Virus record (IMG/VR): IMGVR_UViG_3300035134_000016
Location: 1 to 26,986 of that record
Reading direction: 5' to 3' (one strand)
DNA: 26,986 bases
DNA from: a virus
Lineage: Duplodnaviria > Caudoviricetes
The notes beneath the pieces are model-generated. The model was not told where the DNA came from. It saw only the letters and a list, made by a program, of their open reading frames with translations, and searched no databases. This document shows, one piece after another, positions 1 to 9,600 of this stretch. A program made the position numbers and the translations under genes. Each line of letters begins with the position of its first letter. The first letter of the stretch is position 1.

Positions 1-2
1 TA

Positions 3-188
3 GACACCGGATCGGCTACAGCACCTACTGCGCCAGCTGCATACGATGACTACGACATCACTGGATACACAGAGATCACCGCGAAAACCGCAACGGACAT
101 CACTGCTACTGCAAGTGATTGGGTAAAAACTGTGCTCGTTACTGACGATGGTAAAGTTGTCGCTTACGATCAGCGGACCGCACTCTAA
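3..188 (+). CDS. 3' end of probable major capsid protein (C-terminal decoration/Ig-like domain), truncated by window edge
   Basis: Open frame from nt 3 reads DTGSATAPTAPAAYDDYDITGYTEITAKTATDITATASDWVKTVLVTDDGKVVAYDQRTAL* with TAA at 186-188. It lies upstream of the head-completion genes and is absent from the ORF track because it has no start in the window. Confidence 0.6.
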   Translation, partial: DTGSATAPTAPAAYDDYDITGYTEITAKTATDITATASDWVKTVLVTDDGKVVAYDQRTAL

Positions 189-195
189 AAAACAA

Positions 196-215
196 TTCCC
201 CGGGCAACCGGGGGA
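196..215 (+). promoter_or_regulatory. GC-rich GNRA-tetraloop hairpin after the capsid stop (mRNA stabiliser or attenuator)
   Basis: TTCCCCGG-GCAA-CCGGGGGA. There is no U-tract, and it abuts the RBS of the next ORF. Confidence 0.5.
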
Positions 216-224
216 GGGGATAAA

Positions 225-401
225 ATGGCAACAAGTCAGAAAAAAACAACCACAGCCGCAGCAACTACTAATACAAAAAAGTCCGCGAAGAAAAGCAAAG
301 ACGGGCGGTTTTACTTTACACGCGACGGTGTGACAATATTGAGATCAAGTACATCTGCACGAGCGCTCATAGCTGACGGCTGGCACGCTGTTGCAGAGTG
401 A
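225..401 (+). CDS. small basic hypothetical protein (58 aa)
   Basis: ATG at 225 after GGAGGGGA. Reads MATSQKKTTTAAATTNTKKSAKKSKDGRFYFTRDGVTILRSSTSARALIADGWHAVAE*. Fills the gap between the capsid gene and the 414 ORF. Confidence 0.7.
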   Translation: MATSQKKTTTAAATTNTKKSAKKSKDGRFYFTRDGVTILRSSTSARALIADGWHAVAE

Positions 402-413
402 GGGGGATAGCAC

Positions 414-938
414 ATGATTACGCAACGTGACTTTGTAGTGCCCGGCAACTATTTTTCTGCGGATTATCTGCGACAGACAGAACTTGACGGGTCAGGATCT
501 TTCCAGTCTTTCTATAGCCTGATAAGCGCTGCCGATAAAAACGCATCTGACAGTGACGTACAGAGTGCCGGCGCTGGCGATGTGTCACCTGTGTATCGTG
601 TGCAATCTAAAAACCCCAAGTACTTTTACAGAGCTGTCGAATATACTGAAAATCAGACAGCAACCCCGGTTGTAGATCCCTCTGAAATACCGAGCGATGC
701 ACAAATGGTAGTGACCTATGTGTCTGTCAGATCAGAGAGCAGCAACGGCACTGTTTACCTGCATAACTCCGACAGCAGTATTATATTCGGGCTGCTCTAT
801 CTTGCAACTACTCAGCGCCTTATCGCTGGTAACGTGCGTGTGCCACTTGGCGCGGGTGAGGGTATCTATGTTACATCAACACAGGGGAGTAAAGGACTTT
901 TTGTTGTAATCAATGCATATTTTGAGAGGATCGGATAA
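414..938 (+). CDS. hypothetical virion-associated protein
   Basis: RBS GAGGGGG, beta-rich C-terminal half, TAATG-coupled to the next gene, in the head gene cluster. Confidence 0.7.
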   Translation: MITQRDFVVPGNYFSADYLRQTELDGSGSFQSFYSLISAADKNASDSDVQSAGAGDVSPVYRVQSKNPKYFYRAVEYTENQTATPVVDPSEIPSDAQMVVTYVSVRSESSNGTVYLHNSDSSIIFGLLYLATTQRLIAGNVRVPLGAGEGIYVTSTQGSKGLFVVINAYFERIG

Positions 939-1327
939 TGCCGTACGCAGATGTTGAGTTTTATCAGGATGTATATCTCGGCAGCCCCGCACCCAGTGAC
1001 GCAGTTTTGTCACGGTATCTACAAAGGGCTAGTGACGACATCGAAGCGGTTTGCATGGACGGCATTGATACATCAGAATTGAATGACACCGCGCTATTGT
1101 GGCTTAAGAAGGCGACCTGCGCACGTACAGAGCAATACATTTTTGCCGGAACAGACGATCCAAACGACGCGCGCGACGGATCACTGGGATCTTTTTCTGT
1201 GTCGGGGAATGATATGTCGGAATCGGCAGGGGGGCTACCTCTGAATACTCGGTGTAAGATGTTTTTAGTGCACACCGGTCTGATGTCGCGATGCGTCGGG
1301 GGAATCAGATATGAAGCGTATCCCTAA
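938..1327 (+). CDS. head-tail connector/adaptor protein (SPP1 gp15-like)
   Basis: N-terminus MPYADVEFYQDVYLG, RASDDI and KKATCA motifs, S-LGSFSVS strand; position after the capsid gene. Confidence 0.75.
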   Translation: MPYADVEFYQDVYLGSPAPSDAVLSRYLQRASDDIEAVCMDGIDTSELNDTALLWLKKATCARTEQYIFAGTDDPNDARDGSLGSFSVSGNDMSESAGGLPLNTRCKMFLVHTGLMSRCVGGIRYEAYP

Positions 1328-1658
1328 ATGCTGGCTACGTCAGTCAGTGCAGTACTGCGAGTATCTTGGCAAAGACAAGTACCATAATATTTCATATGCT
1401 GATACTGTCACCTTGTCGAACATTCGGATTGAGTACAATGTACAGACTGTCAACGATGCGAATGGAGAGACGCAAGTCGATGACGCAGTGGTGTATTACG
1501 ATCCTGTGCAGTCATCGCCTGCCGGATTATCATTCAAGCGGAGGAGTAAAGTTGTATTTGGCGGTGATGATTTTGTGTTGCGCTTGTATGATCCAAAGTT
1601 TGACGAAAAAGGAGTTCTGCATCATGCGGAACTGAGGCTGGTAGGAAGTGAAAGTTAA
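1311..1658 (+). CDS. head closure/stopper protein (A118-type 'minor capsid 1')
   Basis: IPKCWLRQSV start and HHAELRLV end; synteny. Confidence 0.7.
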   Translation: MKRIPKCWLRQSVQYCEYLGKDKYHNISYADTVTLSNIRIEYNVQTVNDANGETQVDDAVVYYDPVQSSPAGLSFKRRSKVVFGGDDFVLRLYDPKFDEKGVLHHAELRLVGSES

Positions 1659-1974
1659 GGCAGTGTTTAACACGCAGCAAGCATCCAAGCGCCTGTCCGG
1701 CATTACGGCCAAAGCACAAAAGATGGTTGATGCACAGATTTTGAAAGATAGCAACTACTTCTGCAAAGAGGATACAGGCGATTTGATCCGGTCCGGAAAA
1801 GTGATGCGCGCCGGTGTGCTGGTCTGGGATGAACGGTACGCGCATGAACAGTACTATTTGCCGAAAGCGTCAAAAGATAAAAACCCAAACGCTGTATACA
1901 AGTGGTTTGAAAAAGCAAAGGCAACTTGGTTGCAGACATGGGTTGATATGGCTCAGGGAGCATTCGGGAAATAA
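1648..1974 (+). CDS. tail completion/neck protein (A118-type 'minor capsid 2')
   Basis: DSNYF..DTGDLIRS, YAHEQYY and NPNA..KWFEKAKA motifs; GTG start. Confidence 0.8.
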   Translation: MKVKAVFNTQQASKRLSGITAKAQKMVDAQILKDSNYFCKEDTGDLIRSGKVMRAGVLVWDERYAHEQYYLPKASKDKNPNAVYKWFEKAKATWLQTWVDMAQGAFGK

Positions 1975-2372
1975 TGGACACTGGAATCGTAGACGCAATT
2001 TATACATATGTTACAACCCGGCTTGATCTGTATGCACCCGTGTATATTGACGGATTGGGTGAAGAAGTTGAGTGTTTGGCAATGGTACATGATCCATCTG
2101 TAGACAACTCAACGATTTACATGGATGGATCCAGCGAGGGTGTACAAACGGTGTCGTACCTGGCCAGGTCTAAAAACAAGGCCATTGCTATAGATGCGCT
2201 TCAACAGATTAGGGCGCTATTCAATGCTAACCGGCAAACTGACATCGGAGAGGGGTACACGATAGAGGATAACAGAGTTATGACTTTACCGTCTTGGATA
2301 CAGACGACAGAGGACGGGCAGGCAACCTATGGGCTGTCTGTTAATTACACGTATAGCAAGGAGATAATTTAG
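1974..2372 (+). CDS. tail terminator (A118-type 'minor capsid 3')
   Basis: YMDGS motif, size, and position immediately before the tail tube gene. Confidence 0.7.
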   Translation: MDTGIVDAIYTYVTTRLDLYAPVYIDGLGEEVECLAMVHDPSVDNSTIYMDGSSEGVQTVSYLARSKNKAIAIDALQQIRALFNANRQTDIGEGYTIEDNRVMTLPSWIQTTEDGQATYGLSVNYTYSKEII

Positions 2373-2373
2373 T

Positions 2374-3090
2374 ATGGATTTTTCAAAAAACTTTCAGTCG
2401 TTATTCATGGTCGATATAACGCCTGATGCTGCACCAACTTATGTAAGACTGGCAAAGGGTATTTCATCTGTCACGCCAGCAACAAACGACGACACAGATG
2501 ATACTGCATACTTGGACGGAGACGGCGGGAAAGACACCGAAGTCACCGGAATGCAGATGCAGTACGACTTTTCTGGTCATCGGGCAGACACCGACGCAGC
2601 GCAGAACTACATTGCCGGTCTTGCCCTGGAGGTTGGAGACGCGCGGCGCACTCATTTCAAGGCATACCATCGCGATGGATCGGGAGCAAGCGGCGACTGC
2701 ACTATCACGACCATTGTCGACGGCGGAGGCGATGCAAACGCAAAAGGAGAGTTTTCATGCAGCGTGATGATGAACGGTAAGCCGACAAAAATAGTCAAAA
2801 CTGTGGCTGACGTTATGACTGTAGTTATTGCAGCTGGCACCACTACTGGAACGACAACCGCAACTTTTACATCGGCCGATGGATGGAGTGAGTACTACTC
2901 ACTGACATCGACAGCAGAAACCGCATATGCAAACGCATATAAGGATCCACAAAGTTTGACCAGTTTGACAAGCGGCGCGGAAATCGCAGCAGAAGTTGGG
3001 CAGTACCTGAACATGTGGACGATTGACTTGTACAAGCGTGTCGTTTCGTTTGTATCTCACGAACTTGTAACTGCCGACATCGCGTCATAA
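2374..3090 (+). CDS. major tail tube protein with C-terminal decoration domain
   Basis: RLAKGIS, YLDGDG, FSGHR..D.AQNYI and GGGDANAK motifs typical of A118-like tail tubes; RBS AAGGAG. Confidence 0.85.
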   Translation: MDFSKNFQSLFMVDITPDAAPTYVRLAKGISSVTPATNDDTDDTAYLDGDGGKDTEVTGMQMQYDFSGHRADTDAAQNYIAGLALEVGDARRTHFKAYHRDGSGASGDCTITTIVDGGGDANAKGEFSCSVMMNGKPTKIVKTVADVMTVVIAAGTTTGTTTATFTSADGWSEYYSLTSTAETAYANAYKDPQSLTSLTSGAEIAAEVGQYLNMWTIDLYKRVVSFVSHELVTADIAS

Positions 3091-3101
3091 GGAGGGATTA
3101 A

Positions 3102-3461
3102 TTGACTAACATTACTATACGGGACACCGTTCAGCGAATGACTGTTACGTGGAAAGTCCGCCGATTTTTGCCAGATGTCAAGACAGTGTACACTTTTGAC
3201 CTGGGATCACCGGAAGTGCTTGACACTCTCACAAAAAAAGCTGGAGAGATTGCAAAACTCGTGGACGGTGCAAAAGATGCTGAGATCATCGCAAAGATCC
3301 GTGACGCAGAGAAAAAAAGTCTGGCACTTGTGTTTGACAGCAAGACAATCGCTGACATAGAAAAGCGCTCTGGCGGTAACATCTTTGCAACGATCCAGAT
3401 CATCAACGCAGTTTGTGAACTGTCTGAAAAGGGAATGGATGAAATCAAGCAGGGACTTTGA
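3102..3461 (+). CDS. tail assembly chaperone
   Basis: TTG start with strong RBS GGAGGG; helical protein between the tail tube gene and a Gp15-like gene. Confidence 0.7.
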   Translation: MTNITIRDTVQRMTVTWKVRRFLPDVKTVYTFDLGSPEVLDTLTKKAGEIAKLVDGAKDAEIIAKIRDAEKKSLALVFDSKTIADIEKRSGGNIFATIQIINAVCELSEKGMDEIKQGL

Positions 3462-4002
3462 TTTTCTGACAGAACAGCTTCCTCATGATTTTAACGGGTG
3501 CGCCCTGGAGACTGATTTCAGGGTTGCACTCGTATTTTTTAGAGAGTATGCAGAGTGGGAAGAATCAGAAAGGGCACAGAAAACACTGGATATGTTTTTC
3601 CCGCATGGCGTGGCCGGCGAACCCGAACAAGTCGGGGAGTTCCTTCGCTGGTATCTGTCATGTGGCGACGTGCCGGAAGATGACGACGAAGAAGAAGCGG
3701 AAGCGAAGCCGATAGATAAAAGTTACGACTTTGTGGAAGATTCTGCTAAGATTTACGCAAGTTTTATTCAAGCGTATCAAATTGATTTGACTACAGCACG
3801 GCTGCATTGGTGGTCTTTTATGGCGCTTTTCAGGGCTTTGCCGGAAGATACATTTATGCAACGAGTGATTGAAATACGTACAAAGAAGCCGGAAACCGGC
3901 AAGGGTTACGACAAATACAACGCGGCTTTGCGGAAACAAAAAGAAGCATTTGCACTTCACGGCACGCAGGCCGACGAGTTTGACGTTTTTGCGGGGCTTT
4001 AA
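3439..4002 (+). CDS. tail assembly chaperone, A118 Gp15 family
   Basis: TDFR, YDFVED..KIYASF.QAY.IDL..LHWW.F.ALF..L and VIEIR motifs. Start moved from 3385 to the in-frame ATG at 3439, which follows AAGGGA. Confidence 0.85.
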   Translation: MKSSRDFDFLTEQLPHDFNGCALETDFRVALVFFREYAEWEESERAQKTLDMFFPHGVAGEPEQVGEFLRWYLSCGDVPEDDDEEEAEAKPIDKSYDFVEDSAKIYASFIQAYQIDLTTARLHWWSFMALFRALPEDTFMQRVIEIRTKKPETGKGYDKYNAALRKQKEAFALHGTQADEFDVFAGL

Positions 4003-4013
4003 TAGGGGGATTT

Positions 4014-7000
4014 ATGGCTGATGGATCAGTAGTAATCGATACAAAAATGGACACAAAGCCGACAGAAGCGGGGCTTAAATCTCTCACTAAATCGTTAGTG
4101 TCTTTTGCAGCAAAAATGACCGCGGTTATCGGGGTTACAAAGCTAGCGACAAAGGCTATTAGCGGCATGGTTGAAGCCGCACGGGAAATAGAGGACATTA
4201 CGGCCGAGTTTACCCCGCTTGTTGGCGGTGCAAAAAACGCTACTAAAATGATAGCAGCACTAAATAAGGAAGCGGCAACGACACCTTTCGAACTCACTCA
4301 AATTGCTGGCGTGGCTAAGCAGCTGCTGCCAGCAGTCGGTAATAATGTCAGTGCAATAACAGAGCAGTTCCGCATGCTTGGGGATACCGCCGGCGGCAAC
4401 ATCGAGCACTTGCAGTCTATCACACGCGGTTACACTAAGGCACTACTGAAAGGTAAAGTGGACATGGAGGCGCTCAACATGATCGCCGACGCGGGGGTGC
4501 CGATTTACCAGCAACTTGCTGACACTCTCGGTGTATCTGTATCACAGATGTACACTATGTCCTCAGCCGGTGAGATTACTGCAAAGGATCTGACGAAAAC
4601 TTTCCGCCGGATGACAAAAGCTGGCGGGATTTATTACAAAGGTATGCAGATTGCTTCCGAGACTACGAGCGGGGTACTGTCTACTATGCGCGATAACATC
4701 ACACAAGTGAGCGCAACATTGGGGAGCGGTTTTACGCCTGTAATGCGCGCGGCCGCAAAAGATATTTCTGACGGAGCTATAAGACTTAAGTCTTTTCTGG
4801 AGCGTACGAAAGTCGCACAAACTCTTGCAGCGGCGCTTACAAAAGCATACGACAAACTAAAAAAAAGTGTATCAAACCTCATAACGCAATTCAGAAAGTT
4901 CGAAAAAGAGACGCAGCTAATAACTCGACTAATGGCAGGGGCGCAAAAAGCGCTTGACAACGGACGCCGAACGATAGACGCCTTGCGTGGCGCTATGGAA
5001 GCCGTAGCAGAAATACCAGGTATGAAGAAGCTTGTTAAAAGCTTGCAAGAACTTGGCGACACGCTTCTGACGGTTTTTACAGATACCGGCTTTTTAACAG
5101 ATTTTGGCACATCAATGGCCGAAGGCATCGAGCAGGCTTTTAATAACAGCACTTTGCAAAAAGTGATCAATTTTGCAGCGAGCATAACCGCGGAAATGAC
5201 GGGGATGGTAAATACAGTTATAAAAGAGTGGGATAAGTTGCCATTGACGGCGGCACTTGTCGTGCTTAAGATAGAGTACGCTTTCAAAACTTTGGGTTTG
5301 CAGATCAAGACCAGCATGACTGTTGCTTTTAATTCAGTGCGTATTGCAGCTCTTTCTCTTGGGCAAACCATCGTTACTAAAGTGGTTTCTAAAATACAAG
5401 GATTGCTAAACACTCTTTCAAAGTTGCCTGGTGGCGGACTTTTTGGCGACGCAGCAAAATCACTGGACAGCATGATGCAAAGTTTTGATGTTGGGGCTGA
5501 CGATCTCAAGCAGCAGTCGGCGCAAGCAATCGCAGATAGCAAGACGGTACAAAAGCAGCAGCAAGCGCAGTACGACGCAGAGCTGGCAAATATCTATCGT
5601 AATTACAATGCACTCACATCAGCGAGAGACAAGACCAAAACACCAACAGCGCCAAGTATCGCGCCTCAAACCGGAGGTGCAACAGGTGCAGCCTCAACAC
5701 CATCCGGCACAATAGACACAACGGGCACCGATGCATACATAGACAAAGTGCAGTCTGTCACAAAAGATCTGGCCGCGACTTATGCAGAGATAGACGCAAG
5801 ACTGTCTGACGGGGTGATAAATACAGACGATGCGGCAATAAAAAAGATTGACGCGCTCAAGTCTGCATTAGACGATATGTATAAAGCCGGTGTTAGCTCA
5901 AAAACTGCCGGAGCGGGTGGCGATTTTGTACGCAATCTCAAAAAGCAGATTGAAGATCTGGAGGCGAGTGTCAACCCGAAAGTAGCCGGGGCAAAAATAG
6001 GAACGGCCCTTTTAACTGGGCTAAAAGAATCGCTTAAGGCCGCGAGTACAGGAGGCATTATCGGATCTCTGAAAGACAGATTATCAACTGCGTGGAAGGC
6101 ATCCCAGAACGCGCTGAAAGATGTCATCAGTAAGTCTGGCGTTTCAAAAATCGGTAAAGGGGTTAGCGAACTGATTGACGGAGTCGGTGAAAAGGTGAAG
6201 TCTGGCGCATTGAAACTTGCTACAGCTCTCGGCGGAGAAAAGTTCGCAACTGCGACCGTATCCGCGCTCAAACGATCGGGGACCACTATATCTAAATATC
6301 TGCCAGTTATGCTCAAAGGGTTGTCAAAGGGATGGCCTAAAAAACTGGCCAAGTTTGCTAGTAGCGCAGTGAAAGCGGCTGGCACGGCAGTGCGTGCAGT
6401 CGCTAACATTGTCGTGTCCGGTATAAAAACACTGTCAACACTGGCCGCGTTAGATCCGTCTGATCTGCTCGATAGCCTAGATGATTTTTTGACAAACGTC
6501 AAAACATTTTTTACAACGACATTGCCAGCTTTGCCAGTATACGCAGCCGCGGCATTGTCTATGATTACGAATCTACTGAACACACTACTAACTAATTGGC
6601 CGACAATAACGAAGGCTATAACAAATGCAATGATAGAAACATTCGCGATGCTGATGAATGCATTACCGTCTATCGTGACATCTGTTATCACTCTAGTGAG
6701 CGGCCTGGTCACTGCATTAATACAAGCGTTGCCTGAAATACTATCGTCCCTTACATCGTTTGTGACTGGTGGCGGCCTAGCACTGATCCTATCTGCTATA
6801 CAATCTGCAATTACTAGTGTAGTAGCAGCACTCGTCGATGCACTGCCGGATATTCTGGATACAATTTTGGTTTTTATAAAAACCGGTCTCCCGCAATTGC
6901 TGACCGCAATGACAACAGTTTTAACAACTGTACTAAACGGACTCGTGCAAATGCTCCCAGAAATACTTGCTTTTGTGATAGACGCCATAACCAGTATCGC

Positions 7001-7988
7001 GACTCTTTTGATCCAGCAGCTGCCCACGATCGTGAAGCTGTTCGCAGAAGTTCTGCCGGAAGTTATAACTATTTTGCTTAGTCAGTTACCAGCGCTTATA
7101 ACTGCCGTACTCCAGATAATTACAGCAACAATAAATGCAATTTTACAGAGCTTGCCTGCGATAATTGACGCAGTAGCAGAGATCATTCCTGCTATAATTG
7201 TGCAACTGGCCATTGACAGTCCTAAAATTATACAAAGCATTATTGAAATGTCAGGGCAGATAGCAGCGGCGATAATAGCAAATCTACCCGCAATAGTAGC
7301 GGCTGTACTCATGATAGTGCCGCGAATCATTTACGGTCTAGCTGTTTCCCTCCCCCAGTTCGGACAGGCTGGGATTGATTTAGTATACGCCATCGCAGCT
7401 GGCATGACATCTGCCGGGTCTGCTGTATATAACGCACTGGCTGATATTGTGCGCAATACTTTGTCTGGCTTTCAGTCGATTTATTCGGGAGCTGTGAGCA
7501 TATTTTCTGGGCTGGGTGCGACTCTCAGATCTGTTTTTGTGGCTCCGATCAATGCAGTTATACGCATGATAAACTACGTAATCAGCGGTCTCAATAAGCT
7601 ATCGTTTAAGCTGCCGAGCTGGATCCCGGGGATTGGCGGTAAACGCTTTGGTGTTGATATCGATAAGCTCGATTATTTGGCGAAAGGCACAGACAGCGCA
7701 CGCGGTGGCCTTACGATAGTCGGGGAAAAAGGGCCCGAACTGGTTAATATGCCACAGGGTGCGCAGGTATTTACTGCAAAAGAGACGCAAAACATTCTTG
7801 CGGGCTCCGACATGTCCGGCATTACAAACTCGCTCAACCGCGTATCCCTGCCGTCTATGTCCGGTACGGGAGGCACAACAACACCGATAGTGATAAAAAT
7901 GACAAGTCAGGGCATGATCGAAGTTGACGGCAAGCAGCTAGCAAGTGCAGTCTGGGAAAATATAGACAGCGTGGCAGCGGGGGCATAA
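4014..7988 (+). CDS. tape measure protein
   Basis: 1324 aa; MADGSVVIDT start, AATTPF tape-measure domain, amphipathic LPxI repeats, and C-terminal LAKGT..GG.TIVGEKGPELV.MP.G motif. Confidence 0.95.
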   Translation: MADGSVVIDTKMDTKPTEAGLKSLTKSLVSFAAKMTAVIGVTKLATKAISGMVEAAREIEDITAEFTPLVGGAKNATKMIAALNKEAATTPFELTQIAGVAKQLLPAVGNNVSAITEQFRMLGDTAGGNIEHLQSITRGYTKALLKGKVDMEALNMIADAGVPIYQQLADTLGVSVSQMYTMSSAGEITAKDLTKTFRRMTKAGGIYYKGMQIASETTSGVLSTMRDNITQVSATLGSGFTPVMRAAAKDISDGAIRLKSFLERTKVAQTLAAALTKAYDKLKKSVSNLITQFRKFEKETQLITRLMAGAQKALDNGRRTIDALRGAMEAVAEIPGMKKLVKSLQELGDTLLTVFTDTGFLTDFGTSMAEGIEQAFNNSTLQKVINFAASITAEMTGMVNTVIKEWDKLPLTAALVVLKIEYAFKTLGLQIKTSMTVAFNSVRIAALSLGQTIVTKVVSKIQGLLNTLSKLPGGGLFGDAAKSLDSMMQSFDVGADDLKQQSAQAIADSKTVQKQQQAQYDAELANIYRNYNALTSARDKTKTPTAPSIAPQTGGATGAASTPSGTIDTTGTDAYIDKVQSVTKDLAATYAEIDARLSDGVINTDDAAIKKIDALKSALDDMYKAGVSSKTAGAGGDFVRNLKKQIEDLEASVNPKVAGAKIGTALLTGLKESLKAASTGGIIGSLKDRLSTAWKASQNALKDVISKSGVSKIGKGVSELIDGVGEKVKSGALKLATALGGEKFATATVSALKRSGTTISKYLPVMLKGLSKGWPKKLAKFASSAVKAAGTAVRAVANIVVSGIKTLSTLAALDPSDLLDSLDDFLTNVKTFFTTTLPALPVYAAAALSMITNLLNTLLTNWPTITKAITNAMIETFAMLMNALPSIVTSVITLVSGLVTALIQALPEILSSLTSFVTGGGLALILSAIQSAITSVVAALVDALPDILDTILVFIKTGLPQLLTAMTTVLTTVLNGLVQMLPEILAFVIDAITSIATLLIQQLPTIVKLFAEVLPEVITILLSQLPALITAVLQIITATINAILQSLPAIIDAVAEIIPAIIVQLAIDSPKIIQSIIEMSGQIAAAIIANLPAIVAAVLMIVPRIIYGLAVSLPQFGQAGIDLVYAIAAGMTSAGSAVYNALADIVRNTLSGFQSIYSGAVSIFSGLGATLRSVFVAPINAVIRMINYVISGLNKLSFKLPSWIPGIGGKRFGVDIDKLDYLAKGTDSARGGLTIVGEKGPELVNMPQGAQVFTAKETQNILAGSDMSGITNSLNRVSLPSMSGTGGTTTPIVIKMTSQGMIEVDGKQLASAVWENIDSVAAGA

Positions 7989-9592
7989 TGGCACAAATAA
8001 CAGTCGAAATAAACGGGGAAAGCTACGCAAAACCTAGCGATAGTTACACGGTCACGCAGAGAGCAGGGGCAATCGCCACGAGTCAGATTGACATTTTAAT
8101 GCAGTCAGGGGATCACATCCCCGAAGTGCAGGACATTATAAAACTGTACCATGACAGCGAGTGTTTTTATATCGGCATTGTGTCCGAAGTAGATACCGCC
8201 GAGTACAGTAGCGGCTACGAGCCTGAAAGATATCGAGTTGAAGCGCAATCTTTTGAGGCCGTACTCAAAAACAGACTTGTAAATGACGCATGGGACAGTG
8301 ACAGCGCAGACATCCGTACAAGTGACATCGTAGCAGACATTTTTGCTAGCTACATAGAGCCGGAAGGCATCACGCTGGGCAAAATCACACAAGCGTCAAG
8401 AATGTGGCAAACTTACAAAGCCCAATACATGACCGTGTATGCAGTACTCCAGGAGTTAGCCGACGAGATCGGTTACACTTTTCAGATCGATTGTGATCGA
8501 AAGTTTTATTTCATCCAAAAAAATGACTTTATTGAAGTTACACCGCCAGAGCACACTACGAAACTCAAGGGAAAATATACGAAGGACGACATGCGCAGTG
8601 TGCAGATCATAACAGGAGGGAGTGAAGATACCAGCAGACAAACAGAGTCAACGTACTGGACAACGGGACAAAGTACCGTAACATTGGGCTATGCCCTATC
8701 GTCACTTGTGGGCGTCACTATAAACGGGTTGACGGCATCGACAGGGATCCGAGGAGTCGAGGACGCCGATACAGGGGTGACTTTCCTATATCAGGTTGAC
8801 AGCAATGTAATAACCCTGAACTCAAACGCTACGACACAGCCAGCGACAGGGGATCTTGTAGTATTTGTTTATTATGGGACATACGGCATAACAGTTGTAC
8901 GTAATAACGCGAGCCTAGAAGCGGACATCGCATCACGAAACGGAACCAGCGGACAGATTGAAAACTTGTACAATGACGAGACGTTGGCAACTTTCGGGGA
9001 TGCAGAAAAGCTGGCACAAGGGCTTTTGACGCAGTACGGGGAAGCGCAGGCAAACATTTCATGCGTCTGTCATGACTTCGATGCCTCACAGATTCTTAAC
9101 ATCTGGCCGCTGGAGCAGGGGCAAAAAATAACAGGACGTTTTGTTGTCGTAGAGCGCACAATATCGTCGTTTGGGCCTGATAAGTTTAAGATAAATGTTA
9201 AACTCAAAAACAGAAATTACTATGCTCGCTATGGACTTGTCATTACGAGCACGGAAAAGAAAAAAAGAGCGGACGTAACGATATATAAAACGCCGCTTGT
9301 ATCAGAGATGCTAACAATGTATGATCATATAACGGCGGAAGGGGAATACATAATATCGGGAGAATTGGCCAGCGCATCAGATGCAATAGCGGCGTTTGAA
9401 GCGTTCGGAGATTACGGAGAAACAATAAACACTGCTGACGCAATCGGTGCGCAGGGTGAAAAAAAGCTGGAGGAAACTATGCAAATGACAGACGGGTACT
9501 ATACAGGAATAGTAACAGGGAATGAAACGTATTACGCGACAAGCGGGGATTACACAGATCCTTGTTTGTTCGATGGATTTTACGCGAGCTAG
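7988..9592 (+). CDS. tail tip/baseplate hub protein
   Basis: 534 aa, TAATG-coupled to the TMP; LQELAD.IGY.FQID..RKFYF hub-like motif. Confidence 0.7.
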   Translation: MAQITVEINGESYAKPSDSYTVTQRAGAIATSQIDILMQSGDHIPEVQDIIKLYHDSECFYIGIVSEVDTAEYSSGYEPERYRVEAQSFEAVLKNRLVNDAWDSDSADIRTSDIVADIFASYIEPEGITLGKITQASRMWQTYKAQYMTVYAVLQELADEIGYTFQIDCDRKFYFIQKNDFIEVTPPEHTTKLKGKYTKDDMRSVQIITGGSEDTSRQTESTYWTTGQSTVTLGYALSSLVGVTINGLTASTGIRGVEDADTGVTFLYQVDSNVITLNSNATTQPATGDLVVFVYYGTYGITVVRNNASLEADIASRNGTSGQIENLYNDETLATFGDAEKLAQGLLTQYGEAQANISCVCHDFDASQILNIWPLEQGQKITGRFVVVERTISSFGPDKFKINVKLKNRNYYARYGLVITSTEKKKRADVTIYKTPLVSEMLTMYDHITAEGEYIISGELASASDAIAAFEAFGDYGETINTADAIGAQGEKKLEETMQMTDGYYTGIVTGNETYYATSGDYTDPCLFDGFYAS

Positions 9593-9600
9593 GGGGCTTT

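Noticed and set aside
148-333. 61-aa ORF in the track
   Set aside because: Overlaps the capsid 3' end and the RBS-supported 225-401 ORF, and has no RBS.
3385-3461. Programmed -1 frameshift between tail chaperones
   Set aside because: The second ORF is in the +1 frame, no fitting slippery heptamer was seen, and it has its own ATG and RBS at 3439.
4634-7027. Long antisense ORFs (302 and 415 aa) opposite the tape measure gene
   Set aside because: Shadow frames of a coding gene with biased codon use; no motifs recognised.
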